From a virus (lineage: Duplodnaviria; Heunggongvirae; Uroviricota; Caudoviricetes): a stretch of 32,158 nt of DNA. Positions 9,068-17,175 of this stretch are shown in pieces. Within the stretch, counting starts at the first letter, position 1. Every line of letters starts with the position of its first letter. Below the pieces are notes generated by a model, which had not been told where the DNA came from, searched no databases, and saw only the letters and a list, made by a program, of their open reading frames with translations. The DNA lies in the IMG/VR virus record IMGVR_UViG_2529292726_000025, positions 1 through 32,158 of that record; one strand, given 5' to 3'. The position numbers and the translations under genes were made by a program.

Positions 9068-10015
9068 ATGAGCAGCAAGCTTCATGGTCTTGTCTGGGAA
9101 GGGTGTGCCTTCACCGGCATGATCTTATCCAGGGTGGCAGTTATGGCTCGCCTTGCAGATTACAGCAATGACGAAGGTGTGTCATGGCCTGCAGTGGAGA
9201 CCATTCGTCGTCAGATTGGGGCAAAGAGTGAATCAACGGTTAAAGCTGCGATAGCAGAACTGGAAAAGAACGGCTGGCTGACGAAGGAGGAACGTAAGGT
9301 CGGTGGGCGTAATGAAAGCAATATTTACCGTCTTAATGTGGAAAAACTCGAAGCAGCAGCAGCGGCAGCGCGTGAGGCATATAAACCGAAAAGAAAAATT
9401 AGCCAGGCAAAAAATGACCCGTCAAATATTGCCCCCTCAACGGTTAACCCATCAAATTTTGATGGATCAACCGTTGATAAAAAACAGTCGGATAGGGGGG
9501 CGATGGTTGGCCCCGATCCGTCAGTATTAAAACCTGATCCGTCAGATAAAAGATCTTTTCGTCCGGAAGCTTCGCAACCGGACATGCAGACGGCTGAACA
9601 GGATTTTTTAACCCGACACCCTGACGCGGTTGTGTTCAGTGCGAAAAAACGCCAGTGGGGTAGCCAGGAAGATTTAGCGTGTGCGCAGTGGATCTGGGGG
9701 CGAATCGTGAGTCTTTACGAGCAGGCCGTCAGCGATGATGGCGAGATTTCGCGACCGAAAGAACCCAACTGGACCGCATGGGCCAACGACGTGCGCACAA
9801 TGCGGATGCTGGATGGCAGAACTCACAGACAAATTTGTGAAATGTTTGGTCGGGTGCAGCGGGATCCATTTTGGGTAAAAAATATCATGAGTCCGTCAAA
9901 GCTTCGCGAAAAATGGGATGAACTGGTTATCCGCCTGGGGCGTTCGTCTGTACAGCGTTGTGTGAATCATATTTCTGAGCCGGATACCGAAATTCCGCCG
10001 GGGTTCAGGGGGTAA
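9068..10015 (+). CDS. Replication initiation protein (lambda O-like / YdaU-like) with internal iteron region, 315 aa
   Basis: Located immediately upstream of the DnaC-like gene. N-terminal winged-helix-like region. Central repetitive linker (DPSNI / NPSNF / DPSVL / DPSDK) encoded by DNA iterons. Confidence 0.65.
   Translation: MSSKLHGLVWEGCAFTGMILSRVAVMARLADYSNDEGVSWPAVETIRRQIGAKSESTVKAAIAELEKNGWLTKEERKVGGRNESNIYRLNVEKLEAAAAAAREAYKPKRKISQAKNDPSNIAPSTVNPSNFDGSTVDKKQSDRGAMVGPDPSVLKPDPSDKRSFRPEASQPDMQTAEQDFLTRHPDAVVFSAKKRQWGSQEDLACAQWIWGRIVSLYEQAVSDDGEISRPKEPNWTAWANDVRTMRMLDGRTHRQICEMFGRVQRDPFWVKNIMSPSKLREKWDELVIRLGRSSVQRCVNHISEPDTEIPPGFRG
9411..9552. repeat. Iteron array (candidate replication origin) inside the O-like gene
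   Basis: Four to five spaced copies of a GA(C/T)CC(G/A)TCA(A/G)(A/T)T-like motif: gacccgtcaaat, aacccatcaaat, gatccgtcagta, gatccgtcagat. Confidence 0.5.
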
Positions 10016-10021
10016 CGGGCC

Positions 10022-10768
10022 ATGAAAAATATCGCGGCAGGTGGTGTTCTTGAGCGTATCCGTAAGCTGACCCCGCAGCATGTAATCGCGCCGTACCGGA
10101 CAGTGGACGAGTGGCGCGAGTGGCAACTGGCAGAAGGGCGAAAACGTAGCGAGGAGATCAACCGCCAGAATCGCCAGTTGCGGGTGGAAAAAATCCTGAA
10201 TCGTTCGGGCATCCAGCCTCTGCACAGCAAATGCTCGTTTGCGAATTATCAGGTGCAGAACGACGGGCAAAAACACGCGCTGAGCCAGGCAAAATCCATC
10301 GCTGACGAACTGATGACCGGGTGCACGAATTTTGTGTTCAGCGGTAAGCCGGGTACCGGAAAGAACCACCTTGCAGCCGCCATTGGCAATCATCTTCTGG
10401 CGAAAGGTCGCAGCGTGATTGTGATAACGGTGGCTGATGTGATGCTGGCGTTACACAACAGCTACGACAACAAAAACTCAGGCGAAAAATTTTTACAGGG
10501 GTTGTGTGATGTTGACCTGCTTGTCCTGGATGAAATCGGAATGCAGCGGGATACGCGCAACGAGCAGGTCACGCTGAACCAGATAGTCGACCGCAGAACG
10601 GCTTCGATGCGTAGTGTCGGAATGCTGACGAACCTTAACCACGTAGCGATGAGTACGCTTCTTGGCGAGCGTGTAATGGACCGCATGGTCATGAACGGTG
10701 GTCGCTGGGTGAATTTTAACTGGGAGAGCTGGCGTTCGAATGTCAGACACCTGAGGGTTGTGAAGTAA
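10022..10768 (+). CDS. DnaC-like helicase loader (IstB-type AAA+ ATPase), 248 aa
   Basis: Walker A FSGKPGTGKNHLAAAIG and Walker B DLLVLDEIG. Immediately downstream of the O-like gene. Confidence 0.85.
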   Translation: MKNIAAGGVLERIRKLTPQHVIAPYRTVDEWREWQLAEGRKRSEEINRQNRQLRVEKILNRSGIQPLHSKCSFANYQVQNDGQKHALSQAKSIADELMTGCTNFVFSGKPGTGKNHLAAAIGNHLLAKGRSVIVITVADVMLALHNSYDNKNSGEKFLQGLCDVDLLVLDEIGMQRDTRNEQVTLNQIVDRRTASMRSVGMLTNLNHVAMSTLLGERVMDRMVMNGGRWVNFNWESWRSNVRHLRVVK

Positions 10769-10782
10769 TTTCAGGAGGATTT

Positions 10783-11178
10783 ATGGCGAAACCTTTTTCT
10801 CTCGAACAGCGGGAAGAGCTGAAGGCACGAATTATCGGGTTGGTACGCAAAAATGAACGCATGACGATGTCGCAGCTGGAGAGAGCGACAGGGGCAGGCT
10901 GGCACTCGGTCCGACGCTGCCTTGTGGATGTGCTGGCTTGTGGCGATTTATACATGTCCGGGGAATACGGTGTTTTTGCATCAGAGCAGGCGTATCGCGT
11001 ATGGCGTAAGACACCGGAGAAAAGAACCGACCTGACACTGATTCGAAAGTTACCAGACGGAGAAATACGCCGCTACGACAGGAGCCAGAACATAATCTGT
11101 CGCGAGTGCCGGAAGAGTGAGGTTATGCAGCGAGTGCTGGCGTTTTATCAGGGTAATTTTCAGGAGGTGATGGCGTGA
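10783..11178 (+). CDS. Hypothetical prophage protein with possible HTH, 131 aa
   Basis: ORF with AGGAGG-type Shine-Dalgarno. Segment MTMSQLERATGAGWHSVRRCL is HTH-like. No catalytic motifs. Confidence 0.4.
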   Translation: MAKPFSLEQREELKARIIGLVRKNERMTMSQLERATGAGWHSVRRCLVDVLACGDLYMSGEYGVFASEQAYRVWRKTPEKRTDLTLIRKLPDGEIRRYDRSQNIICRECRKSEVMQRVLAFYQGNFQEVMA

Positions 11179-11525
11179 GGGTGAGAGTCTATATCGCCGG
11201 TCCAATGACCGGGTATAAAAATTTCAACCGTGAGGCGTTCCACAATGCGGAAGAGGAACTGAAACGGGAAGGGCATACCGTCTTAAACCCGGCAGTACTT
11301 CCGGACGGGCTGACACAGCCGCAGTACATGGATATCTGCATGGCAATGATACGCAGCGTGGATGCGATTTATATGCTGAAAGACTGGCAACGGTCAGCAG
11401 GCGCTAAAGCGGAACTGGCTCTGGCGGAGAAACTGGGGCATGTGGTTATTTTTCAGAGGGGGGCGATATGCCGATTCTCTGGCTTCAGGAGGTGTGGGAA
11501 AAAGAAATGTGGGAAGGTCTTGTGA
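11175..11525 (+). CDS. Conserved prophage protein (DUF4406 / nucleoside 2-deoxyribosyltransferase-like N-terminal motif VYIAGPMTG), 116 aa
   Basis: GTG start 8 nt after AGGAGG. N-terminal RVYIAGPMTGYKNFNREAF motif. The C-terminal tail is basic and odd, and overlaps a possible small membrane ORF (11468-11617). Confidence 0.4.
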   Translation: MRVRVYIAGPMTGYKNFNREAFHNAEEELKREGHTVLNPAVLPDGLTQPQYMDICMAMIRSVDAIYMLKDWQRSAGAKAELALAEKLGHVVIFQRGAICRFSGFRRCGKKKCGKVL

Positions 11526-11620
11526 TTGTGGCCGAAACAGTTCTTTTATTATGGTCTGTGATTGCGTGTATTTTTATGATTTATTGTGAATGGTGTGAAT
11601 CTCGCGGTGGCCACTGAATT

Positions 11621-11663
11621 GCAACCATTACCCCCTGTGATGTAACTGTGGGGTAATGGTTGC
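11621..11663 (+). promoter_or_regulatory. Perfect 14-bp inverted repeat (stem-loop or operator candidate)
   Basis: gcaaccattacccc - 15 nt - ggggtaatggttgc. No U-run follows, so it is not a classical intrinsic terminator. Confidence 0.4.
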
Positions 11664-11681
11664 GCAGGCATAGCGACAGGA

Positions 11682-12119
11682 ATGGATGAGAAAAATATGA
11701 CGAAATTTACCAGAGAGCAATTGATTGCTCATGCTAATGAAAGTGTGAAATCCATGAAATTTGCTGCGCGACAGACCGTGTTTAAGACTTCAAGAGTTGC
11801 CATTGAAATGGATCTTGAGCTTGCCCGTATTGCGCTTGCCTCACTTGAAGCAATGCCAGTTGCATGGTCCTGTGCTCACAATATGGTTTTGTTCAATGCT
11901 GAATCTGTTGCGGCATACGCAAAACACTCAGCCATTGCGCCAAAACCCCTGTACGCTGCGCAACCGGCATCACTTTCACATGAGGAAGAGTTGACAATGC
12001 TGGTTAAACAATTGGTAAGTCAGTTGAAAAAAGCGAAACCAGATTGCAAATTACCGGATATGGCGATGGGGTATCTGGAGCGGAATGGGCTGATAAGCGC
12101 GGAGGATGTTTTACGATGA
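11682..12119 (+). CDS. Hypothetical prophage protein, 145 aa
   Basis: ORF with plausible start. No recognisable motifs. Confidence 0.4.
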   Translation: MDEKNMTKFTREQLIAHANESVKSMKFAARQTVFKTSRVAIEMDLELARIALASLEAMPVAWSCAHNMVLFNAESVAAYAKHSAIAPKPLYAAQPASLSHEEELTMLVKQLVSQLKKAKPDCKLPDMAMGYLERNGLISAEDVLR

Positions 12120-12410
12120 CCTGGCCGGAGGCATTCACAACGACAGGAATTGCAATGGCGGCAGCACTTGTTGTGTATTCGATTTGCCGCTGGGGATAAA
12201 AACGGTTTGCAGTGAAAGGGGAGTTAAGTAGAATTGCTGCGGGTGCTTGAGGCTATCTGCCTCAGGCATGAACACCAAAAGGCAGATAGAGAAAAGCCCC
12301 AGTTAACATTACGCGTCCTGCAAGACGCTTAACATTAATCTGAGGCCCAATCTATGTCTCACAAATGTAGGTTAGCCTCTTACGTGCCGAAAGGCAAGGA
12401 GAAGCAGGCT

Positions 12411-12566
12411 ATGAAGCAGCAAAAGGCGATGTTAATCGCCCTTATCGTCATCTGTTTAACCGTCATAGTGACGGCACTGGTAACGAGGAAAGACCTCTGC
12501 GAGGTACGAATCCGAACCGGCCAGACGGAGGTCGCTGTCTTCACAGCTTACGAACCTGAGGAGTAA
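12411..12566 (+). CDS. hok: Hok/Gef-family type I toxin (membrane peptide), 51 aa
   Basis: MKQQKAMLIALIVICLTVIVTALVTRKDLCEVRIRTGQTEVAVFTAYEPEE is a canonical Hok-family sequence with a single transmembrane helix. An in-frame upstream extension to 12354 exists. Confidence 0.8.
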   Translation: MKQQKAMLIALIVICLTVIVTALVTRKDLCEVRIRTGQTEVAVFTAYEPEE

Positions 12567-12604
12567 GAGACCAGGCGAGGGAGAAATCCCTCGCCACCTC
12601 TGAT

Positions 12605-13006
12605 GTGGCAGGCATCCTCAACGCACCCGCACGTAACCCGCTTCGGCGGGTTTTGTTTTTTCCTGGCATTCTGGTTTACAATTCGCACGTCAGCCTGAAC
12701 AACTGGCACCTGCTGCGCCAGCAGAGACAACCGATGGCGCACAAAACCAAATTTCACAATTCTGATACCGACCTTGCCATCCGGCATGGGCGGCGTTCAC
12801 ACGCATTTAAAACCGACTGGTACCAACACCCACCATGTACTGAAGAACAGGCCGAATGGCTAATTCATAACTACCGCAGACGCGGATACGAGATTAAGAA
12901 AGCCCTCAGCCTCGATTATCGTCACTGGATAATCTATGTCAGGCTCCCTTATTCCGAACGCCCACCGCGTCCGTCCCGCACATTCCAGCAACGCATCTGG
13001 AGGTAA
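12605..13006 (+). CDS. Hypothetical small prophage protein (Rem-position), start uncertain (GTG 12605 or ATG 12734)
   Basis: ORF between hok and the DUF968-like gene, as rem is in Qin. The ATG at 12734 gives a 90-aa product. Confidence 0.35.
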   Translation: MAGILNAPARNPLRRVLFFPGILVYNSHVSLNNWHLLRQQRQPMAHKTKFHNSDTDLAIRHGRRSHAFKTDWYQHPPCTEEQAEWLIHNYRRRGYEIKKALSLDYRHWIIYVRLPYSERPPRPSRTFQQRIWR

Positions 13007-13007
13007 C

Positions 13008-14061
13008 GTGCGGGTATTACTTCGACCTGTTCCGGTACCGGAACTTGGGCTGGTGGTGCTAAAACCGGGCCGTGAATCCATGCAGGTATTTCATAACCCT
13101 CGAGTGCTGGTGGAGCCTGAACCGAAAAGCATGCGTAATCTGCCGTCCGGGGTCGTTCCTGCCGTTCGCCAGCCGCTGGTGGAAGACAAAACATTGCTGC
13201 CGTTTTTCAGTAACGCACGGGTAATTCGTGCTGCTGGTGGTGCTGGTGCATTGTCTGACTGGCTGTTGCGCCATATTAAATCCTGCCAGTGGCCTCATGG
13301 TGATTATCATCACAGTGAAACCGTCATACATCGTTACGGTACCGGTGCGATGGTATTGTGCTGGCACTGCGACAACCAGTTGCGTGACCAGACATCCGAA
13401 TCACTCGGGCGGCTTGCTCAACAAAATCTGACAGCCTGGATGATTGACGTCATACGTCACGCAATAAGTGGTGCACTGGAACGGGAATTATCGCTGGCTG
13501 AATTATCCTGGTGGGCGCTCTGCAATCAGGTAGCGGACGCACTACCGGAGGCAGTATTACGTCGTTCTCTGGGGGTACGCGCGGAAAAAATCCACTCAGT
13601 ATACCGCGAGAGTAACATCATGCCGGGAGAACAGACAGCCACCAGCATACTGAAGCAGCGCACAAAAAATTTTGCGCCGTTGCCTCGCGCCCACCAGCAA
13701 CAGAACCCACCACAGGAAAAGACGGTGGTCAGCATTACCGTTGATCCGGAGTCACCGGAATCATTCATGAAGCGGCCTAAACGTCGCCGCTGGGTTAACG
13801 AGAAATACACGCGCTGGGTAAAGAAAGACACAGCCGTGTACGTGTTGTGGTAAGCCAGCAGACGATCCCCATCACCTGATTGGTCACGGTCAGGGAGGGA
13901 TGGGAACAAAGGCCCACGATATTTTCACGCTACCGCTGTGTCGGGAGCATCACAACGAGCTTCATGCGGATCCGCTGGCGTTCGAAGAAAAGCATGGTTC
14001 CCAGATTGATTTAATTTTTCGTTTTCTTGATCACGCCTTTGCAACTGGCGTGCTTGGGTAA
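13008..14061 (+). pseudogene. DUF968 / YdfU-like prophage protein with C-terminal HNH-like zinc motif, split by a frameshift near 13825-13853
   Basis: GTG 13008 follows a GGAGG Shine-Dalgarno. The frame ends at 13853 (..KYTRWVKKDTAVYVLW*). The conserved C-terminus (CGKPADDPHHLIGHGQGGMGTKAHDIFTLPLCREHHNELH...) continues in the +1 frame to 14061. Confidence 0.5.
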
Positions 14062-14073
14062 AAGAGGTGACTG

Positions 14074-14433
14074 ATGCTCATAGATTTGGTTTTCCCTTAC
14101 CCGCCGACGGTGAACACTTACTGGCGACGCCGTGGCAGCACATATTTTATCTCGGAGGAGGGAAAGCGTTATCGCCGGGCTGTGGCGCTTATTGTTCGCC
14201 AGCAGCGGCTGAAATTAAACCTGTCCGGAAGGCTGGCGATAAAGATTATTGCAGAGCCACCGGATAAGCGCCGCCGCGACCTGGACAATATCCTGAAGGC
14301 ACCACTGGATGCGCTGACGCATGCCGGACTACTTATAGACGACGAGCAGTTTGATGAAATCAATATTGTGCGCGGTCAGCTCGTTCCTGGTGGGCGGCTG
14401 GGGATAAAAATCACAGAACTGGAGTGCGCATGA
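14074..14433 (+). CDS. rusA: RusA Holliday-junction resolvase, 119 aa
   Basis: RusA-family signature ...PPDKRRRDLDNILKAPLDALTHAGLLIDDEQ... Typical position upstream of Q. Confidence 0.85.
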   Translation: MLIDLVFPYPPTVNTYWRRRGSTYFISEEGKRYRRAVALIVRQQRLKLNLSGRLAIKIIAEPPDKRRRDLDNILKAPLDALTHAGLLIDDEQFDEINIVRGQLVPGGRLGIKITELECA

Positions 14434-15119
14434 ATAACCAGTATTTACAGTTTGTGCGTGAGCAGCTCATTATCGCCACCGCTGATTTGAGTGGGGCAAC
14501 AAAAGGTCAGCTTGAAGCCTGGCAAGAGAATGCCATGTTCGATACAGGGCGTTACAGGCGTAAAAAAATCCGGTACCGCGATGAAGTGACTGGAAAAATG
14601 ATAACGCGGGATAATCCACCAATCCCGGGAAAGCAATCGCTGGCGAAAGGTTCATCAATTGCCCTGGTCAGTCCGGTTGAGTTTTCGACATCATCATGGC
14701 GACGCGCCGTTCTGTCTCTTGAAGAGCATCAGAAGGCGTGGGTGCTGTGGGTATACAGTGAAAATCCGAGTTGGGATTATCAGGTGGTCATTGCGAAATG
14801 GGCGTGGGATAAGTTTCAGGTGCATTTTGGCACCAGAAAAATTACAGGGAAAACGCTTGAGCGTCTGAAGAAATTAATCTGGCTGGCGGCGCAGGATGTC
14901 AGGGGGAGGATTACTGGGCGTGACGTCTACCAGCGACAGGAACTTGCCAGACTGTGTGGAGTTAAGCCTGACAACTGGAGCCATAATTATGCGAACTACT
15001 GGCGTGAGATGTGCGACATTTTTAAGAAACTCGATACAGAATCCTTGATTTGCACCGTGAAAATGAGATCGCAACAAAAAGCGACCTTTTCACGACGAGA
15101 TATTGCAAAAGTCAATTAA
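14424..15119 (+). CDS. Late-gene antiterminator Q-like protein (QuuQ / phage 82 type), 231 aa
   Basis: Position directly after rusA and directly before a promoter/terminator pair, matching the hok / rem / ydfU / quuQ order in Qin. Assignment is by synteny and size, not a verified motif. Confidence 0.45.
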   Translation: MRMNNQYLQFVREQLIIATADLSGATKGQLEAWQENAMFDTGRYRRKKIRYRDEVTGKMITRDNPPIPGKQSLAKGSSIALVSPVEFSTSSWRRAVLSLEEHQKAWVLWVYSENPSWDYQVVIAKWAWDKFQVHFGTRKITGKTLERLKKLIWLAAQDVRGRITGRDVYQRQELARLCGVKPDNWSHNYANYWREMCDIFKKLDTESLICTVKMRSQQKATFSRRDIAKVN

Positions 15120-15165
15120 ATCGCATACATTTTATGTAAATGTGATATTTTGCCGTATAGTGTGT

Positions 15166-15190
15166 AAACCCACTTAAATGCGGGTTTTTT
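15166..15190 (+). terminator. Intrinsic terminator-like hairpin plus U-run downstream of Q (tR'-like)
   Basis: aaaccc..gcgggttttttg: a 6-8 bp stem followed by T6. Confidence 0.4.
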
Positions 15191-15220
15191 GCTTAACTCT
15201 GTGGACCTTTTTATCTGTAG

Positions 15221-15246
15221 TTGTAAGATATGGATATTCTTACAAT
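15221..15246 (+). promoter_or_regulatory. Palindromic promoter/operator candidate upstream of the kinase
   Basis: ttgtaaga-N9-tcttacaa, an 8-bp inverted repeat. Its TTGTAA and TACAAT hexamers resemble -35 and -10 elements. Lies 18 bp upstream of the kinase ATG. Confidence 0.35.
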
Positions 15247-15263
15247 TTAGGTCGGTGAGCTTA

Positions 15264-16018
15264 ATGGAAGAACAGCACGGTAATTACTTTATAAAACGAA
15301 TTCAGTTGATTGGAAGGGGTGCATTTGGCTTTGTTGAACACGTTAAGGTTTACAACCTCAACAAGGGTGAATGTGGGGATTATGCTAGAAAGGTGAAAAA
15401 CCAGAGCTTTTGGCGCAAATAGAGCAGTTTAGAAGGCGTTTTAAAAGGGAGGTCGTGTATCAATCACATTGCGTACATAGCAATATTGTTCCTATTTATT
15501 TGTGCGATTTGTTTGCCGAGAATCCATGGTTCATTATGGATAAAGCAGAATGTGATCTTGAGCACGAAATAACGAACAACCTTCTTACAACAGATCAAAA
15601 AATTTCAATAGTGAAAATGGTATTAGATGGTGTAGCTCACATCCATGCGAAAGGCTATTTACACAGAGATATAAAACCATTTAATGTCTTGCGATTTAGC
15701 GACGGAACATACAAGGTGTCTGATTTTGGTCTGGTAAAAGATACAAATCCCGAAGGGGATACCACTAAATTGACCGAGATCGGTACCCGTATGGGAAGTA
15801 CAAGATATATGGCTCCCGAGATTTTATATAATGCCGAGTATTCAGTTAAGACTGATGTTTATGCGGTGGGGCGGTTAATTGAGGACTTAAATTTAGATGA
15901 TAAAAAAATAAAGCCTATCATAGCGAAGTGTACCAGGATGGATAAAGATGATAGATATCAGACAATAGATGATGTGGCGTTTGATTTTGTGCATTCTTTT
16001 TTAAGGAGTGAGTCATGA
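15264..16018 (+). CDS. Hanks-type (eukaryotic-like) Ser/Thr protein kinase, interrupted by a -1 frameshift in an A5 run (15396-15400)
   Basis: Glycine loop IGRGAFGFV, beta-3 lysine YARKVK, catalytic loop HRDIKPFN, DFG (VSDFGL) and APE (YMAPEIL). The N-lobe fragment 15264-15422 and catalytic fragment 15410-16018 are in different frames. Confidence 0.8.
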
Positions 16019-16758
16019 TTCAGCTGATAGCGACTTCATCATTCTCGTATCCAAAAGAACCAGGTAGGGTCAACGAAGATTCATTGCTTCCTCCCAAAAT
16101 TGTAGGGGATGGCATCTTATTTGCCGTAGCTGATGGTGTAGGTTCATACACTGGTGCCAGTCAGGCTTCATCAATGGCAATTGCTGAACTTTCAGCATTG
16201 ACAAGCTTATCTTTTGACACAGTTCCGGATGTATTTGATGAAGTTAAGCGAAAGGTTATGTCGTTAGCTGATGTTAATGATGAGTTCGATAAAGCTGCTA
16301 CTACACTTACGTTTTGTTATGTTTGTGATAGCGGAATTATTATTGGTCATATTGGTGATTGTCGTTTGTATTGCATTGGAGAGAAGAAAGCATACCAATT
16401 GACGAAGGACGATACCAGGCATCAGATGCTAATTGATCAGAATATTTTTAAACCCAGAGATTTGAAGGATAAACCGGGCAAAAATATCTTAACGACGGCT
16501 ATAGCCTCAAATGTTGATATGGAATACGACTGTGATTTTATCACATGGAAAGATTTACCTAGTATTAACGGGGTATATCATCTGTGTATCATGTCTGATG
16601 GGGTTCATAACGTTTGGGAAAAACGCCCCAGATTTACATCAAATACGATGAGTAATAGTCAGAAGTTTTCTAATGGCATTTTGCGTCGTATAGAGAGAGC
16701 CGGACCTGATGATGACTTTTCTTTAGTAAGTATAATGGTGCGTGTGACGTCAGATTAG
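16015..16758 (+). CDS. PP2C-family (PPM) Ser/Thr protein phosphatase, 247 aa
   Basis: PPM motifs NEDS, FAVADGVGS, HIGDCRLY, MSDGV and PDDDFS. ATGA start/stop overlap with the kinase indicates translational coupling. Confidence 0.8.
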   Translation: MIQLIATSSFSYPKEPGRVNEDSLLPPKIVGDGILFAVADGVGSYTGASQASSMAIAELSALTSLSFDTVPDVFDEVKRKVMSLADVNDEFDKAATTLTFCYVCDSGIIIGHIGDCRLYCIGEKKAYQLTKDDTRHQMLIDQNIFKPRDLKDKPGKNILTTAIASNVDMEYDCDFITWKDLPSINGVYHLCIMSDGVHNVWEKRPRFTSNTMSNSQKFSNGILRRIERAGPDDDFSLVSIMVRVTSD

Positions 16759-16831
16759 TTGTATAAACTCAGTAGGGAATGCTAATTTCACATACAACAT
16801 AGTTAAAGAAAACTTAATTTTAATGTAAAAA

Positions 16832-16855
16832 GGCTGCCCTCAGGCGGTCTTTTTA
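16832..16855 (+). terminator. Intrinsic terminator after the kinase/phosphatase cassette
   Basis: ggctgcc-ctca-ggcggtc hairpin (with G-U pairs) followed by ttttt and preceded by an A-run. Confidence 0.5.
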
Positions 16856-16977
16856 TGCTCGAAAATTGATGCAGTACGTTAAACGCGCTGGTGGTTGCGA
16901 ATACCGGTCTTTCAGCTTGCTGGCTTTTTAGACAAGAGTTATTGGTATGTCACGTTAACCAGAAAAGGGAAAAAGAC

Positions 16978-17175
16978 ATGCTAAAACAGCAGGATATGAC
17001 CGAAACCGCCAGAGTGGTGTTTAATGAATTAAGCGTCACCGAACCGGCGACCGTCGGGGAAATTGCGCAGAATACTTACCTTTCACGCGAACGCTGCCAG
17101 TTAATCCTGACCCAGCTTGTTATGGCGGGTCTGGCAGATTATCAGTTCGGTTGTTACAGACGCCTTCCGCAGTGA
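16978..17175 (+). CDS. Small putative winged-helix DNA-binding protein, 65 aa
   Basis: ATG 16978 with upstream GGGAAAAAG. Sequence MLKQQDMTETARVVFNELSVTEPATVGEIAQNTYLSRERCQLIL. Lies upstream of the methyltransferase gene. Confidence 0.4.
   Translation: MLKQQDMTETARVVFNELSVTEPATVGEIAQNTYLSRERCQLILTQLVMAGLADYQFGCYRRLPQ

Noticed and set aside
9896-10393. 165-aa and 87-aa minus-strand ORFs
   Set aside because: Antisense to the O-like and DnaC-like genes, both of which have clear motifs. No start signals.
12936-13007. ATG at 12936 as the start of the DUF968-like gene
   Set aside because: That start overlaps the upstream ORF by about 70 nt. GTG 13008 sits 4 nt after a GGAGG Shine-Dalgarno and right after the upstream stop, which is the more plausible start.
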